Source: Bacteriovoracia bacterium (GTDB lineage Bacteria; Bdellovibrionota; UBA1018; JBFWNL01). From it: a stretch of DNA of 64,000 bases. Within the stretch, counting starts at the first letter, position 1. Each line of letters starts with the position of its first letter. Location: positions 1-64,000 of the forward strand of contig JBFWNL010000005.1 of assembly GCA_050251055.1 (NCBI GenBank). Direction: 5' to 3'. A program made the position numbers and the translations under genes. Shown piece by piece: positions 18,280 through 28,133 of the stretch. The notes under the pieces were generated by a model. The model saw only the letters and a program-made list of their open reading frames with translations. It had not been told where the DNA came from and ran no database searches.

Positions 18280-20634
18280 TTACGCAGCTTCGCCAGAGCC
18301 GGTGTCTTCACTCACTTCGAGTACTGGCATTTCCAGCTCTGCGTGATTTACCGCAGTTGAGGCTGCGGGGGGAGCAGGCGGAGGAGCGGGCGGTTTTGTT
18401 GCAGCGCGTGCGGCCGGCATAATGCGCGGCGCGCTGGGTTCACCGGCCGGTGCTTCGTCGAATGCAGAGAGATCAAATGACATTGTGTGTTGTGGGAGGA
18501 GGTCGGACGCGGGTGGGTTCGCGGCTTCACTCGTAGGGGCCTGGTAGTTGGGATTGTGCAGGCTCGGCGCTTTGTCGGCGGCAAATAGTCCGGTGTTGAA
18601 AGATCGTGTGCCAGCGAAAAGACCTGAGCCCGTACCCTCGGGTTTGGAGCCGTCTTCGTTGATCGCGGGGTGAGAGACGGGAGTGGTGACGACGGGACGA
18701 CGAAAGGGCGGAGGTACGGCGCCCGACGGCGGGACGTTCGCGCGCGCGGCTGGCGCGATTGCCGAAGCGGCGGACGCGCCAGCGCCGGTGATTTCGTCGA
18801 GCACCGGCTGAACCTTGTCGGATTTTTCCCCCTCGTAATCGCTGTAGGCGGTCTGCAATCGCACCTGCCGGCCGTTCTCGTCGATCACGCCTGTGACCTT
18901 ATAGATAACCAGCGCCTCGGTTTTACCCTTCACCTTGGCTTCGAAAGTTTTTTCCAATAGGAAGCGGCTGGGCGGGAGCTCCGCGACCACGCTTTGGCTG
19001 ATCAGCAGATCGGTGCCGAAGGCCTTCGTGAGCGATTCAATGCGCGAAGCCGTGTTCACGGTGTCGCCAATCACCGTATACTCCATGCGTTCGGTCGATC
19101 CGATGTTGCCGGCGATGAGAGGCCCGTAATTGAGTGCCATGCCGATCTTGAGCGGCGGCAGCCCTTCCTTCATGAACTCTTCGTTCAGCTCGGCCAATGC
19201 CATGCGCATTTCTAGGCAGGCACGTAGGGCCCGTTCGCCGTCGTCGGGTTTGGCAAGCGGAGCGCCCCAGAGGGCCATGATTGCGTCGCCCACGTACTTG
19301 TCGACGACGCCGCCATTTTTCAAAATGACGTTCACCATGCGGGTCATGTAGCGATTGAGAATCTGCACGAGCGCTTCGGGATTCATTCGTTCGCTCATGG
19401 AGGTGAATCCGCGGACGTCGGAGAAGAACACGTACGCGTGTTTTCGCTCGCCGCCGAGTTGCAAGTTTCCGGATAGCAGCTGCTCGGCCACCTCCTTGCT
19501 GTGGAACTTGGCGAAGGTGTTTTTGATTTGGTCGCGTTCCTGCAACCCCGTCACCATCGCGTTGAACGTCGTGGCGAATTGCTGGATCTCGTCGCCGGAC
19601 TTCACGTTCTTCTTGGTGCTTAGGCGAACGGTGAAATCGCCGTTACCGACGCGGTCGGCCGCGTCGCGCAGCATGCGAATGGGGCGCGTGATGCCCTGGG
19701 AAAACAACAGCCCGAACGCGAGCGAGAGGAACACGAAGATGCCGGCGAGTTCCGCCGTACGCAAGAAAGTTTCGCGCTGACCTTGCTCGGCGCGGGCGTG
19801 CGGGATCTGGGAAATCACGGTCAAATCGGCGAAGCCCACGCGCTGGAAGGAGGCCATCTGCTTCTCGCCGGCGGCGTCGGTGAATACGATATTGCCCGCG
19901 TGATTCTTGTCCTCGCGGCTCTTGGTGAAGATCGTGGAGTCTTTCACGCTTGCGCCCGTCTTGTAGAGTTTCTCATTCTCGTTGGAGGAGGCGAGGATGC
20001 GCCCGGTCCGGTCGGTGAGCACGCTGGTGTAGTTCTCGACTTCCTTGAAAAAGGAAGAGAAGCGATCCTGTTGAAGTTCGACGATCAGGAGTTCCACGAA
20101 GTCGTTCTCCGCGCGCTGCAGGAACGGAAGTCCGATGCGGATAAGGTTCACGCCCTTGACGGTGCCAATGTTGAAGTCGACGTTACCTTTGGCGATGCTC
20201 TCGAGCGCGACGGGCGAGCGGGCGTCTAGCTCGTCGAGATCCTTGCCGACGAGCTTGAATTTCGTGCGCACGTCGGAGTTGAGGAAACGCCAGTCGGACA
20301 CGAACTTACCGTCTTTGCCTTTCTTGTAAAGGCTCAGACCTACATACATGGGATCCACGCCCAAGTTGTCTTCGATGAACTTAATTTGATCCTCGCGGCT
20401 ACGGAACTCTTCTTTAGAGGCGGCGGCCAAGGTGCGTGCGCGGTCGGCAACGTCTTTCATGGCAGCGCGGATGCGGCTACCAAACAGCGCGGCGGTGTTG
20501 GTGGTGCCTCCGCGCATGAGGTCCATGAAATCGCTCGTGAAGATATCCGCGGCCAAGTAGACGGTGCCGCCGATGCTACAGATCTGCAACAGCAGTACGA
20601 GTCCGTTCAGCTTTTTACCGATGGTCAAAGCCAT
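18280..20634 (-). CDS. Membrane class III adenylate cyclase (periplasmic Cache-like sensor, HAMP, Pro/Ala-rich tail)
   Basis: Two TMs; ITRPI HAMP; FSDVRGFT, DKYVGDAIMA, YTVIGDTVNTASRIE (Lys/Thr pair indicates ATP specificity). Confidence 0.92.
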   Translation of the reverse strand: MALTIGKKLNGLVLLLQICSIGGTVYLAADIFTSDFMDLMRGGTTNTAALFGSRIRAAMKDVADRARTLAAASKEEFRSREDQIKFIEDNLGVDPMYVGLSLYKKGKDGKFVSDWRFLNSDVRTKFKLVGKDLDELDARSPVALESIAKGNVDFNIGTVKGVNLIRIGLPFLQRAENDFVELLIVELQQDRFSSFFKEVENYTSVLTDRTGRILASSNENEKLYKTGASVKDSTIFTKSREDKNHAGNIVFTDAAGEKQMASFQRVGFADLTVISQIPHARAEQGQRETFLRTAELAGIFVFLSLAFGLLFSQGITRPIRMLRDAADRVGNGDFTVRLSTKKNVKSGDEIQQFATTFNAMVTGLQERDQIKNTFAKFHSKEVAEQLLSGNLQLGGERKHAYVFFSDVRGFTSMSERMNPEALVQILNRYMTRMVNVILKNGGVVDKYVGDAIMALWGAPLAKPDDGERALRACLEMRMALAELNEEFMKEGLPPLKIGMALNYGPLIAGNIGSTERMEYTVIGDTVNTASRIESLTKAFGTDLLISQSVVAELPPSRFLLEKTFEAKVKGKTEALVIYKVTGVIDENGRQVRLQTAYSDYEGEKSDKVQPVLDEITGAGASAASAIAPAARANVPPSGAVPPPFRRPVVTTPVSHPAINEDGSKPEGTGSGLFAGTRSFNTGLFAADKAPSLHNPNYQAPTSEAANPPASDLLPQHTMSFDLSAFDEAPAGEPSAPRIMPAARAATKPPAPPPAPPAASTAVNHAELEMPVLEVSEDTGSGEAA

Positions 20635-20776
20635 TCACTTTCTCTTCGGCGAAACGCGGTGAGGCCTAAATTGATGATGCCCCGCAAAAGGCAGCTATCG
20701 TCAGTTGTTTGACGCATTTCCTTGGGGGCGAGGCCGGCTTCAGGTGGTTGCGCTAAATGCCGATAATCTAAGCGAG

Positions 20777-21877
20777 ATGGTACGCACACTCGTCACGATT
20801 TACATCCTGATGGCCGCGGTATTCGCGGGTCTGTTCATTGCGGACTTGCAAGGCTACTTCAAGGAGGTGCCGAATCCGGTGGCGGTGCTGAAAAGCGCCG
20901 AGGGAACCGTGCGCCGGTTGGGTTCCAAAGAGCTGACCTGGTCACGCGTCTCAGAAGGAAGCTACCTGGGTTGGAACGATACGATTTCCACGGGGGAAGG
21001 CGCGCGCGCGAAACTCGCGTTCCTCAACGGGGGCGCCGAGGTGGTGCTTGAGCCGGGCGCGATGGTGGTGCTCGGCGGTGACGTTAAGGAGCTAAAGCTA
21101 AACTTCGTCAGCGGTAGCGGACGGGTTCGCGTCGCGAAAAAGTCGCAGGCGAACGTGAAGGTAACGCGCGAAACTTACGACAGCAAAGCCGCGGCCGTGA
21201 AAGTAGCCGCCAAGCCCGCGGCTTCGTCGCGGCATACCGCCGCGGTGGCGGCGCTGAAGCCCGGCCAAACCGGCCTGAATATCGCGGATGAACTGGTCGG
21301 AGAAATCGATCCGGTCGTCGTCGAGCAGGTGGACGAGCTCCCAACGATCAAGGCGCCCACTCCGGCCGAGCTGAAAAATTCGGTGAAGCAGGCCGCGAAG
21401 CCCGAGTCGGAGTCGATCGATGCCGAAAAGCCCATTACCAAAGCGTTGAGCGAGAAGGCGGTGATCGGGAAGAAAGGCGTGCTGAGCGCGGCGGGCAAGG
21501 AGCTCACCGTCGAAACGTTGCCGCCGCTACCGGTGGTGACGTTCCCACCGGAGGACGCCGTCATCGAGATCAAGCCGACGGTCCGTATTCCCGCCGTGCA
21601 GTGGGTGCTCATGAAGCCGAAAGACGGCAACTCCGCTCCCACTTCCCATTTCGAAATATCCATTCGTAGCCCGGATCAGCCGGACCATGCGCGGACGATT
21701 ACGTCCTCCACGCCGTATCTTTCCGTCGACAAGCTGGGTCGGGGTAAACTGATCTACGAAGTACGGAGCGTGACTAAAGACGGGAAGCGCAGCCTGGCCT
21801 CGAAAGCTCGCGCGCTCGAGGTGAAATACCAGGCCCGAATCGCGGCGCCGACCGTCATGCCGGTGAAGGTGGAATAG
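20777..21877 (+). CDS. FecR-domain protein with N-terminal TM and C-terminal Ig/FN3-like domain
   Basis: GTVRR..W...L...DTISTG..A.AKL.F FecR pattern. Confidence 0.7.
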   Translation: MVRTLVTIYILMAAVFAGLFIADLQGYFKEVPNPVAVLKSAEGTVRRLGSKELTWSRVSEGSYLGWNDTISTGEGARAKLAFLNGGAEVVLEPGAMVVLGGDVKELKLNFVSGSGRVRVAKKSQANVKVTRETYDSKAAAVKVAAKPAASSRHTAAVAALKPGQTGLNIADELVGEIDPVVVEQVDELPTIKAPTPAELKNSVKQAAKPESESIDAEKPITKALSEKAVIGKKGVLSAAGKELTVETLPPLPVVTFPPEDAVIEIKPTVRIPAVQWVLMKPKDGNSAPTSHFEISIRSPDQPDHARTITSSTPYLSVDKLGRGKLIYEVRSVTKDGKRSLASKARALEVKYQARIAAPTVMPVKVE

Positions 21878-21883
21878 ACGGAA

Positions 21884-23185
21884 ATGAGACGCTCCGCCGT
21901 CGTGCTCGCAGCGGTGTTCGGATGCTCGGTGGCGGTCGCGGGACCCACCCGTACCTACACCTTGCACTGGGCCGAGCTGCCGGATGCGAAGTCCTACGAG
22001 CTCCAGGTTTCCCGAAATGCGGATCTCAGCGGCGAGGTCATTCACAAAACCGGTCCGGTTCCGGCGATCGCCGTCACGCTCGAACCCGGAATTTACTACT
22101 ACCGCTACCGAGGCCGCGACGAGGTGGAGACGCCTTTGGCGTGGAGTGCGGTACTGCAGCTCGTTCTAAACGAAGCTCCGCCCGTGCTGGTCGCGCCTCC
22201 CTCCAAGCATGTGTTTAAGCAGGAGCACATCACCTCCAAGCTTGTCTTCGATTGGAAACCGGGGTTGCCGGGCAGTCGGTACGTGTTGGAAGTTCGGCGC
22301 CGAAATAATCAGATCGTCTTCAAGCGAAACGTCACGGATACGTCCTATACGTGGGTGCCGGATGAAGCCGGCGAGTATCTTTGGCGGGTCGGCTTCGAGG
22401 GAGGGGCGGGCGAAGAATGGGGAAAGTTCCGACCTCTACGCGTGGAAGAGAACAAGTCTATCGACCGCATCGTAATCAAGACGAAGCTCGTGGACGATAC
22501 GAAGGGCTGGGAGTGGTGGCTGATTGGGAGGTTCGCGCAGTCGGTCGTGACGGGCACCGTGGTTTCCAATGAGTCGAGTCTCCAGCTTTCCAAGCCGGTG
22601 TCGGCCATCACGACTTCGGCGAGCGCGGAGCTGCGTTGGCGCTCGGCTCGTAAAATCGGCAGCCCCTGGTTGCTTTCGGGGTCCGTGAACTTCGAGTTGC
22701 TATCGCAGAGCATTCCGAGCGGCACCTACTATCTTCCACGAGCATACGCGCGCCTATTCCTCACGCACGGGGTGGGTAAGTTTCGCTGGGGCCCGCTTTT
22801 CCAAGCGGGGGCGGCGATCTCGGGCGTGCTCTACGCCACGGGCGCGGACTCCGTAGGAAACTTCGAGAAGATCCGGCGTACGAACTTTGCCGTCGGTGGA
22901 GTAGGGGTATTGCAACTCGCCGATACGCTCTACTTGAGTTTCCTCGCCTTGGCCCGATTCGACTTGGGGGGGCAGGCGCCCAGCGCGACCCATGGATTGG
23001 ACAAGTCCTTGGGGATTGAAGTGGGCGGCGGGGCCGTTCTGAATATCAGCCAAACCCTGATCGTCGAAGGCCGTCTGCGCCTATATAATGAGAAGCTGCA
23101 GTGGACCGTAAACCAAGGTTCGGGTTCGAACTCAAACTCAAACACTTTTTATATCCTCGACTTAGGCCTAGGCTTCCAGCTATAG
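21884..23185 (+). CDS. Secreted FN3/Ig-like repeats plus C-terminal outer-membrane beta-barrel
   Basis: W...YELQVS, G.YYYR, YLWRV FN3-like motifs; amphipathic strands ending LGLGFQL. Confidence 0.65.
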   Translation: MRRSAVVLAAVFGCSVAVAGPTRTYTLHWAELPDAKSYELQVSRNADLSGEVIHKTGPVPAIAVTLEPGIYYYRYRGRDEVETPLAWSAVLQLVLNEAPPVLVAPPSKHVFKQEHITSKLVFDWKPGLPGSRYVLEVRRRNNQIVFKRNVTDTSYTWVPDEAGEYLWRVGFEGGAGEEWGKFRPLRVEENKSIDRIVIKTKLVDDTKGWEWWLIGRFAQSVVTGTVVSNESSLQLSKPVSAITTSASAELRWRSARKIGSPWLLSGSVNFELLSQSIPSGTYYLPRAYARLFLTHGVGKFRWGPLFQAGAAISGVLYATGADSVGNFEKIRRTNFAVGGVGVLQLADTLYLSFLALARFDLGGQAPSATHGLDKSLGIEVGGGAVLNISQTLIVEGRLRLYNEKLQWTVNQGSGSNSNSNTFYILDLGLGFQL

Positions 23186-23194
23186 CTCGAAGGG

Positions 23195-24454
23195 GTGAAG
23201 GTTCTCTATCTCCACTATGTTTGGCCTGAGCCGAATGCTTCGGCAGCGGGTGTGCGCAATTTGAGTCTGGTGCGTGCATTTGCCGATGCCGGATGGGAGC
23301 AGTGGGCGGTCTCGGGCGCCAAAGAGTCCGAGCATTCCGCGGCCTTGGCCGGGCTGGGAATCCCGGTTCGTCAGATCGAGCCGAACGACCCCGCCTTCGA
23401 TGCATTGGTGGGCGAAGTTCAACCCGATCTAGTTCTCTTCGATCGCTTCGTCACCGAAGAGCAGTTTGGCTGGCGGGTACGGGAAGCCGCTCCGGCGGCT
23501 TTGCGTGTGATCGATACGCAGGATCTCCATTTTCTCCGACGCTCGCGCGAAGCTTCGCTACGAAGACCCGGCCTCGCGGGGGTTCATGGCCTCTCGAAGG
23601 AGTGGCGGGAGTCGCCCGACTTCCTGCGGGAGCTGGCGGCGATTTACCGCTCCGACGGCGCCTTGATCCTCTCCGATTTTGAGCTCAACTTATTGCAAAC
23701 CGAAGTTGGAGTGCCTGGCGATTTGTTGCATCACTCCCCGATGTCCATTGTGCGCGAGCCATTGGCGGAGCTGCCGCGCTGGGAAAGCCGACGGGATTTC
23801 GTGATGATCGGGAATTTTCGGCACGCTCCTAACTGGGACGGTGTGCAGTGGTTGGCTGCCGAGATTTGGCCGAGGATGCGCGCGCGCTTATCCGAGGCGG
23901 AACTTCATCTCTATGGCGCTTATCCACCTAAAGAAGCGGGAGCGCTTGAGAAGGGCAAGGGGATACGGATGATGGGTTGGGCGACGGACGCCCACGAGAC
24001 CTTGCGCCGCTACCGGGTGAATCTCGCGGCCCTACGCTTTGGCGCCGGCATCAAAGGCAAGGTGTTGACCGGATGGGGCGCAGGCACTCCGGCCGTGGCG
24101 ACTTCCGTAGGAGCGGAAGGGTTGGGCGGGGAGCTCCCCTTTGGCGGGCGAGTCGCCGATTCGGCGGATGCTTTTGCGCGCGAGGCGGCGGAGTTATATG
24201 AGAGCGCGGAGGCTTGGGCATCGGCCCAACGCGCCGGCGAGCGTATCTTGGTGACCCGCTTTGACCCCGACCAAACGACCCGAACCCTGCTCGCTCGATT
24301 AGAGGATTGGAGAACCCGCCGGGAGGAGCGCCGCGCGCGTAACCCGATCGGCGCTATTCTTTGGCGCGAGCAATATCAAAGCACGCGATACCTTTCGAAG
24401 TGGATCGAGGAAAAAAACCGGCGATCAGTGGTGGAGCCCCCATGCGCGCCGTAA
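23195..24454 (+). CDS. Glycosyltransferase (GT4-like)
   Basis: [46 protein letters not shown]. Confidence 0.85.
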   Translation: MKVLYLHYVWPEPNASAAGVRNLSLVRAFADAGWEQWAVSGAKESEHSAALAGLGIPVRQIEPNDPAFDALVGEVQPDLVLFDRFVTEEQFGWRVREAAPAALRVIDTQDLHFLRRSREASLRRPGLAGVHGLSKEWRESPDFLRELAAIYRSDGALILSDFELNLLQTEVGVPGDLLHHSPMSIVREPLAELPRWESRRDFVMIGNFRHAPNWDGVQWLAAEIWPRMRARLSEAELHLYGAYPPKEAGALEKGKGIRMMGWATDAHETLRRYRVNLAALRFGAGIKGKVLTGWGAGTPAVATSVGAEGLGGELPFGGRVADSADAFAREAAELYESAEAWASAQRAGERILVTRFDPDQTTRTLLARLEDWRTRREERRARNPIGAILWREQYQSTRYLSKWIEEKNRRSVVEPPCAP

Positions 24455-24891
24455 TTCAGCGGGTAAAACAAGCTTCCGTGACGGTGGACGGAAAGAAAAT
24501 TTCGGAGATCGGACCGGGCCTGCTCACGCTCCTGGGCGTAGCCAAGGGGGACAGCGAGGCGACGCTTGCCAAGCTCATCGACAAGATCGTCCACTTGCGC
24601 ATCTTCGAGGATGAGGCCGGCAAGATGAACCGTTCGCTCAAGGAGGTTGCCGGCGGGCATCTCTTGGTTTCACAGTTCACGTTGCTCGCAGACTGCTCCT
24701 CCGGGCGTCGACCTTCTTTCGTGAACGCCGAGGCCCCGGCCGCGGCGAAGGCGCTTTTTGATCGAGCCCTCACGCTCAGCGAAGCGCAAGGGGTGCTTAC
24801 GCGGGGTGGGATTTTCCAGGCCGACATGAAAGTCGAGCTCGCCAACGACGGCCCCGTGACCTTGGTGCTCGATTTGACCGAAGCTAAGTAG
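24442..24891 (+). CDS. dtd: D-aminoacyl-tRNA deacylase
   Basis: [36 protein letters not shown]. Confidence 0.95.
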   Translation: MRAVIQRVKQASVTVDGKKISEIGPGLLTLLGVAKGDSEATLAKLIDKIVHLRIFEDEAGKMNRSLKEVAGGHLLVSQFTLLADCSSGRRPSFVNAEAPAAAKALFDRALTLSEAQGVLTRGGIFQADMKVELANDGPVTLVLDLTEAK

Positions 24892-24901
24892 CAGCTAAGA
24901 G

Positions 24902-25276
24902 CTAATCAGGTTTTTTTTCAGGGAGGCGGGCTTCGCGCCAGCCGCGGATTCCGCCGTCCATGGAGTAGACGTCGCGATAGCCCATCTGCTGGATGGCGTC
25001 CGCCGCCAAGGCTGAGCGAAAGCCGCCCCCACAGTAAATGACTATTTTCGTCGACTGATCAGGGATCTTCGCTTCAATATCGCGCTCCATGACTCCTTTA
25101 CCGATGTGGAGGGCGCCTGGGATGTGACCGGCTTTCCACTCGAGGTCTTCCCGGCAATCCACGAGGGTGAACTTTTCCTTCGCATCCTGCATGCGGGCGA
25201 CATCGGCGACCGTGAGTTCGCGCACGTTTTTCTTGGCGTTATTGACCATCTTCAGGAATCCAGGGGCATGGCTCAT
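24902..25276 (-). CDS. Single-domain rhodanese/sulfurtransferase
   Basis: DCRE, GHIPGA, YCGGGFRS, MDGG..W. Confidence 0.9.
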   Translation of the reverse strand: MSHAPGFLKMVNNAKKNVRELTVADVARMQDAKEKFTLVDCREDLEWKAGHIPGALHIGKGVMERDIEAKIPDQSTKIVIYCGGGFRSALAADAIQQMGYRDVYSMDGGIRGWREARLPEKKPD

Positions 25277-25319
25277 ACGCTTCCTATAACCTGGCCGCTA
25301 TGCTAATGCATCCTCCTAT

Positions 25320-26384
25320 ATGAAAACCGTTACTGAATTTTCGGGAATTTACCTGCGCAACGCGCTCACTCTGCGCCAAACCGTGCAAGCGGCCAAAAAG
25401 GCGGAGTATTTGAAGACCCTGGCGGAAAGCAAGGCGGCCGCTACCGTGGCTTCCCCCACGGTCGAAGGCGGCGAGACCGCGCCTGCGGAAACTCCCTCCA
25501 CCGAGGGTGCAGCCGAGGCAGCGACGGAAACACCCGTAGCGGTGGAAACGGCTCCGGAGGCACCAGCAGCGCCTTCGGATGCGCCGGCCGCGGAAAGTAG
25601 CGGGCAAAGCTCCGATAGCGCCCTTGCCTCGCTCGAAGCGGTAGCCTCGGCGCCGGTCGCTGAAGCAAAACCGGAAGAGAAAAAAGAAAAAAGCGGACGC
25701 CGTTCGCGTGGCGAGGGGCGCCGTGGTGAAGGCAAGAAGGGCGGCGGTGATTCGCTGACCGAGGAGCAGCGTAAAGAGCTGCGCGAAAAGGTAAACGAGG
25801 AGTTAAAGACAAAATTCGCCGAGACGTTGAAGCTCGAAGGCGAAAAGCTGGATTTCTTTTTGAACGCGCTCGAGCAAATTGATTTTCGCCGTGCTCCCGA
25901 GTTGAAGCGGGTGGTGGTCTTTACCGTGGCCGAGGGGCAGAAAGCGTCGTCTGAAGCCCGTGCCGTGGGAGCGCACTATTACCTGGCGGAGTACTTGCCG
26001 CCGCTACATCCGCCACGCGGCGATCGGGGCGGCCGTTTCGGTGGACGCGACCGCGACCGCGGCCGGGGCGGTAGGCGCGGAGGACGCGGCCGCGACGGTG
26101 GTGGCCGAGGCCGGGATGGCGGTGGTCGCGGGGATACGCGTGGCGCCGGCGGGCGTGGACCTGGCGGCGATCGAGGTGGCCCGGGCGGAGGACGCGGACC
26201 TGGCGGTGGCCGAGGACCGGGTGGAGACCGTGGACCTGGCGGTGGTGGTCGGGGACGTCGTCCGGGCGGGCCGCGTGCCCCTCGGCCGGAACAGCCGGCT
26301 TATACCGGTCCCCGTATGACGATCATTAAGCCCCTCGACAAGCCCATTGCGCCGAAGGTGCCCGACTCCGAAAGCACGAGCTAA
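25320..26384 (+). CDS. Hypothetical protein with Ala/Glu/Pro linker and RGG/RGPGG-rich C-terminus
   Basis: Long ORF with typical codon usage; low-complexity segments flanking a ~90-aa folded-looking core. Confidence 0.7.
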   Translation: MKTVTEFSGIYLRNALTLRQTVQAAKKAEYLKTLAESKAAATVASPTVEGGETAPAETPSTEGAAEAATETPVAVETAPEAPAAPSDAPAAESSGQSSDSALASLEAVASAPVAEAKPEEKKEKSGRRSRGEGRRGEGKKGGGDSLTEEQRKELREKVNEELKTKFAETLKLEGEKLDFFLNALEQIDFRRAPELKRVVVFTVAEGQKASSEARAVGAHYYLAEYLPPLHPPRGDRGGRFGGRDRDRGRGGRRGGRGRDGGGRGRDGGGRGDTRGAGGRGPGGDRGGPGGGRGPGGGRGPGGDRGPGGGGRGRRPGGPRAPRPEQPAYTGPRMTIIKPLDKPIAPKVPDSESTS

Positions 26385-26534
26385 CCCGCTCGGATCTGGT
26401 GCTCGCCGTCCAGGGACTCGACAGATCCTGTCTATAGTTTTGACACCTGATCGCGCGCATACCTGCGGAAGTACGGCGGGTTTTCGCAAATACCCGATTT
26501 TGCTCGCGCGGGCTTCGGCATCTCCCTTGCTCTA

Positions 26535-27239
26535 GTGAAGGACCATAGGTTTACCCGGAAACGGGTGGGAGAGTGGTCCTTGTACTTTTCGTGGAGAGTG
26601 GGCAACTTCAAAACGTGGTTATGTGCGCTCATTTTCAGTGCAGTAGCGAGCGGATGCTCCGGCAACGCCCGTTACGTCACTTGTTTCGTGTTCATCAGTG
26701 ATTGTCCGTCGGTGGAGTTCCTGTCTGAAAATCAGGAACGGTTTCCCACTCCCACGATCTTCTCGGTCTCCCCGGCCTATGGCACCCAAGCGGGCGGCAC
26801 GGAGCTGCATGTTTATGGTGCGGATTTCCTACCCGACCTTTACGTCTCCGTGGGTGAGTACGCTTGCGAGGACGTCGAATGGATCGACTCGGGCCATGTG
26901 CGGTGCTGGACGGGCCGATCCCTAGAGGCGGGACCCGTCGGGGTTACCCTGACGAACCAGGCCGACATTCAAAGCGCCCACCTCGATCAAGCTTTTCAGT
27001 ACTTTGCGCCGTTGGCTTTTCCGCCTCCCGCGGGCGCCGTCTACGCCAGCGACTTAGTGGCCCTGACTGCCAGCGGAGGAATTCCGCCGTATACTTTCCA
27101 TCTTCTGGCCGGGCCGGGCGTGGTCGCGGATGATGAATACGAGGCGCCCATCAGTTTGCCGTCGCCCGTCGGCGTGATCCTGCAGGTGATTGATTCGGTG
27201 GGTTTAGCCAAGACGATGGAGTTTACTCTTTACCCTTAG
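26535..27239 (+). CDS. IPT/TIG-domain putative lipoprotein (start uncertain)
   Basis: VASGC lipobox-like; IFSVSP..G...GGT...VYG..F; ASGG.PPY Ig-like motif. Confidence 0.7.
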   Translation: MKDHRFTRKRVGEWSLYFSWRVGNFKTWLCALIFSAVASGCSGNARYVTCFVFISDCPSVEFLSENQERFPTPTIFSVSPAYGTQAGGTELHVYGADFLPDLYVSVGEYACEDVEWIDSGHVRCWTGRSLEAGPVGVTLTNQADIQSAHLDQAFQYFAPLAFPPPAGAVYASDLVALTASGGIPPYTFHLLAGPGVVADDEYEAPISLPSPVGVILQVIDSVGLAKTMEFTLYP

Positions 27240-28089
27240 ACGGCTTGGTTTTCTTCAAGGGCCGGTGACCGACAACGTAGCAGATCCAAGAATAGTCATT
27301 GTTGGCCCGTTCGTGGCGGGTGTAGACTCCGGTGTCCTCCCCATCGTCATCCTGCTCTTCCCAGTACACGTAGGTCTCGGGGAAACCCGCCTGCTTCATG
27401 GCGTGACGGACCTCGGGAATCGTCCAGACTCGCCAGTCATAGGTGAACGCGTCCTTCATTCGTCTCCCGCTCGGAAAATCGAAGTGGATCGCGTAGCTGC
27501 CATGATGATCGATCGGGTTGAATTTCTTTTGATGCCAGGTGTACTTGAACCAGGGCCTGTTTCCACGTTTGAGGGTTTTCGATTCGCGCATGGCCCGAAC
27601 GAAGCTGGGGCCGCCGGCAATTTCGACGGCCAAGAGGCCGCCCGCCGCGAGGGATCGGCGCACGGCCTTGAAGTAGCGCACTAGTTCCTGCTCGGTTTTG
27701 AAGATGAAAAAGGAAAAATTCGCGGCCAGGCAGACATCGGCGGCGGGCCGGGTGGTTTCCCGTACGTCCATTTTGAGCAGCCGCATGCGCTTTTGCTCAT
27801 GGCGCGCAAGTTTTCGCAGGTGGTTTTGGCGCCCGTAAGCCAGGGGTTCGGGATCGAGATCTAGGCCGAGGGCGAAGGTGTCCCGATGGCGTTTGATCCA
27901 GGCGATGGAGTTCAGAAAAGTCCCGCAAAAGTCCTCGCGCATCAGGAGGGGTCGGCGCCGGTTCAGGTCGTGGTAGGCGTAATCGAGAAACGCCGCCGAA
28001 ACGTCGGGGGATTGCACCGCCGCTTCGTAGTACCGGTATTTAGCCGACGGTTTGTTAGATAATCTTGATGCTTTTCGGCGGATAGACAT
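27223..28089 (-). CDS. Class I SAM-dependent methyltransferase
   Basis: YE.AVQSP, REDFCGT, GLDLD, NFS, F.YDWR.W. Confidence 0.85.
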   Translation of the reverse strand: MSIRRKASRLSNKPSAKYRYYEAAVQSPDVSAAFLDYAYHDLNRRRPLLMREDFCGTFLNSIAWIKRHRDTFALGLDLDPEPLAYGRQNHLRKLARHEQKRMRLLKMDVRETTRPAADVCLAANFSFFIFKTEQELVRYFKAVRRSLAAGGLLAVEIAGGPSFVRAMRESKTLKRGNRPWFKYTWHQKKFNPIDHHGSYAIHFDFPSGRRMKDAFTYDWRVWTIPEVRHAMKQAGFPETYVYWEEQDDDGEDTGVYTRHERANNDYSWICYVVGHRPLKKTKPSKGKE

Positions 28090-28133
28090 GGCGCGACATC
28101 CTATCCGAAGCCGGAGGATTAGGGTATCCTTTA

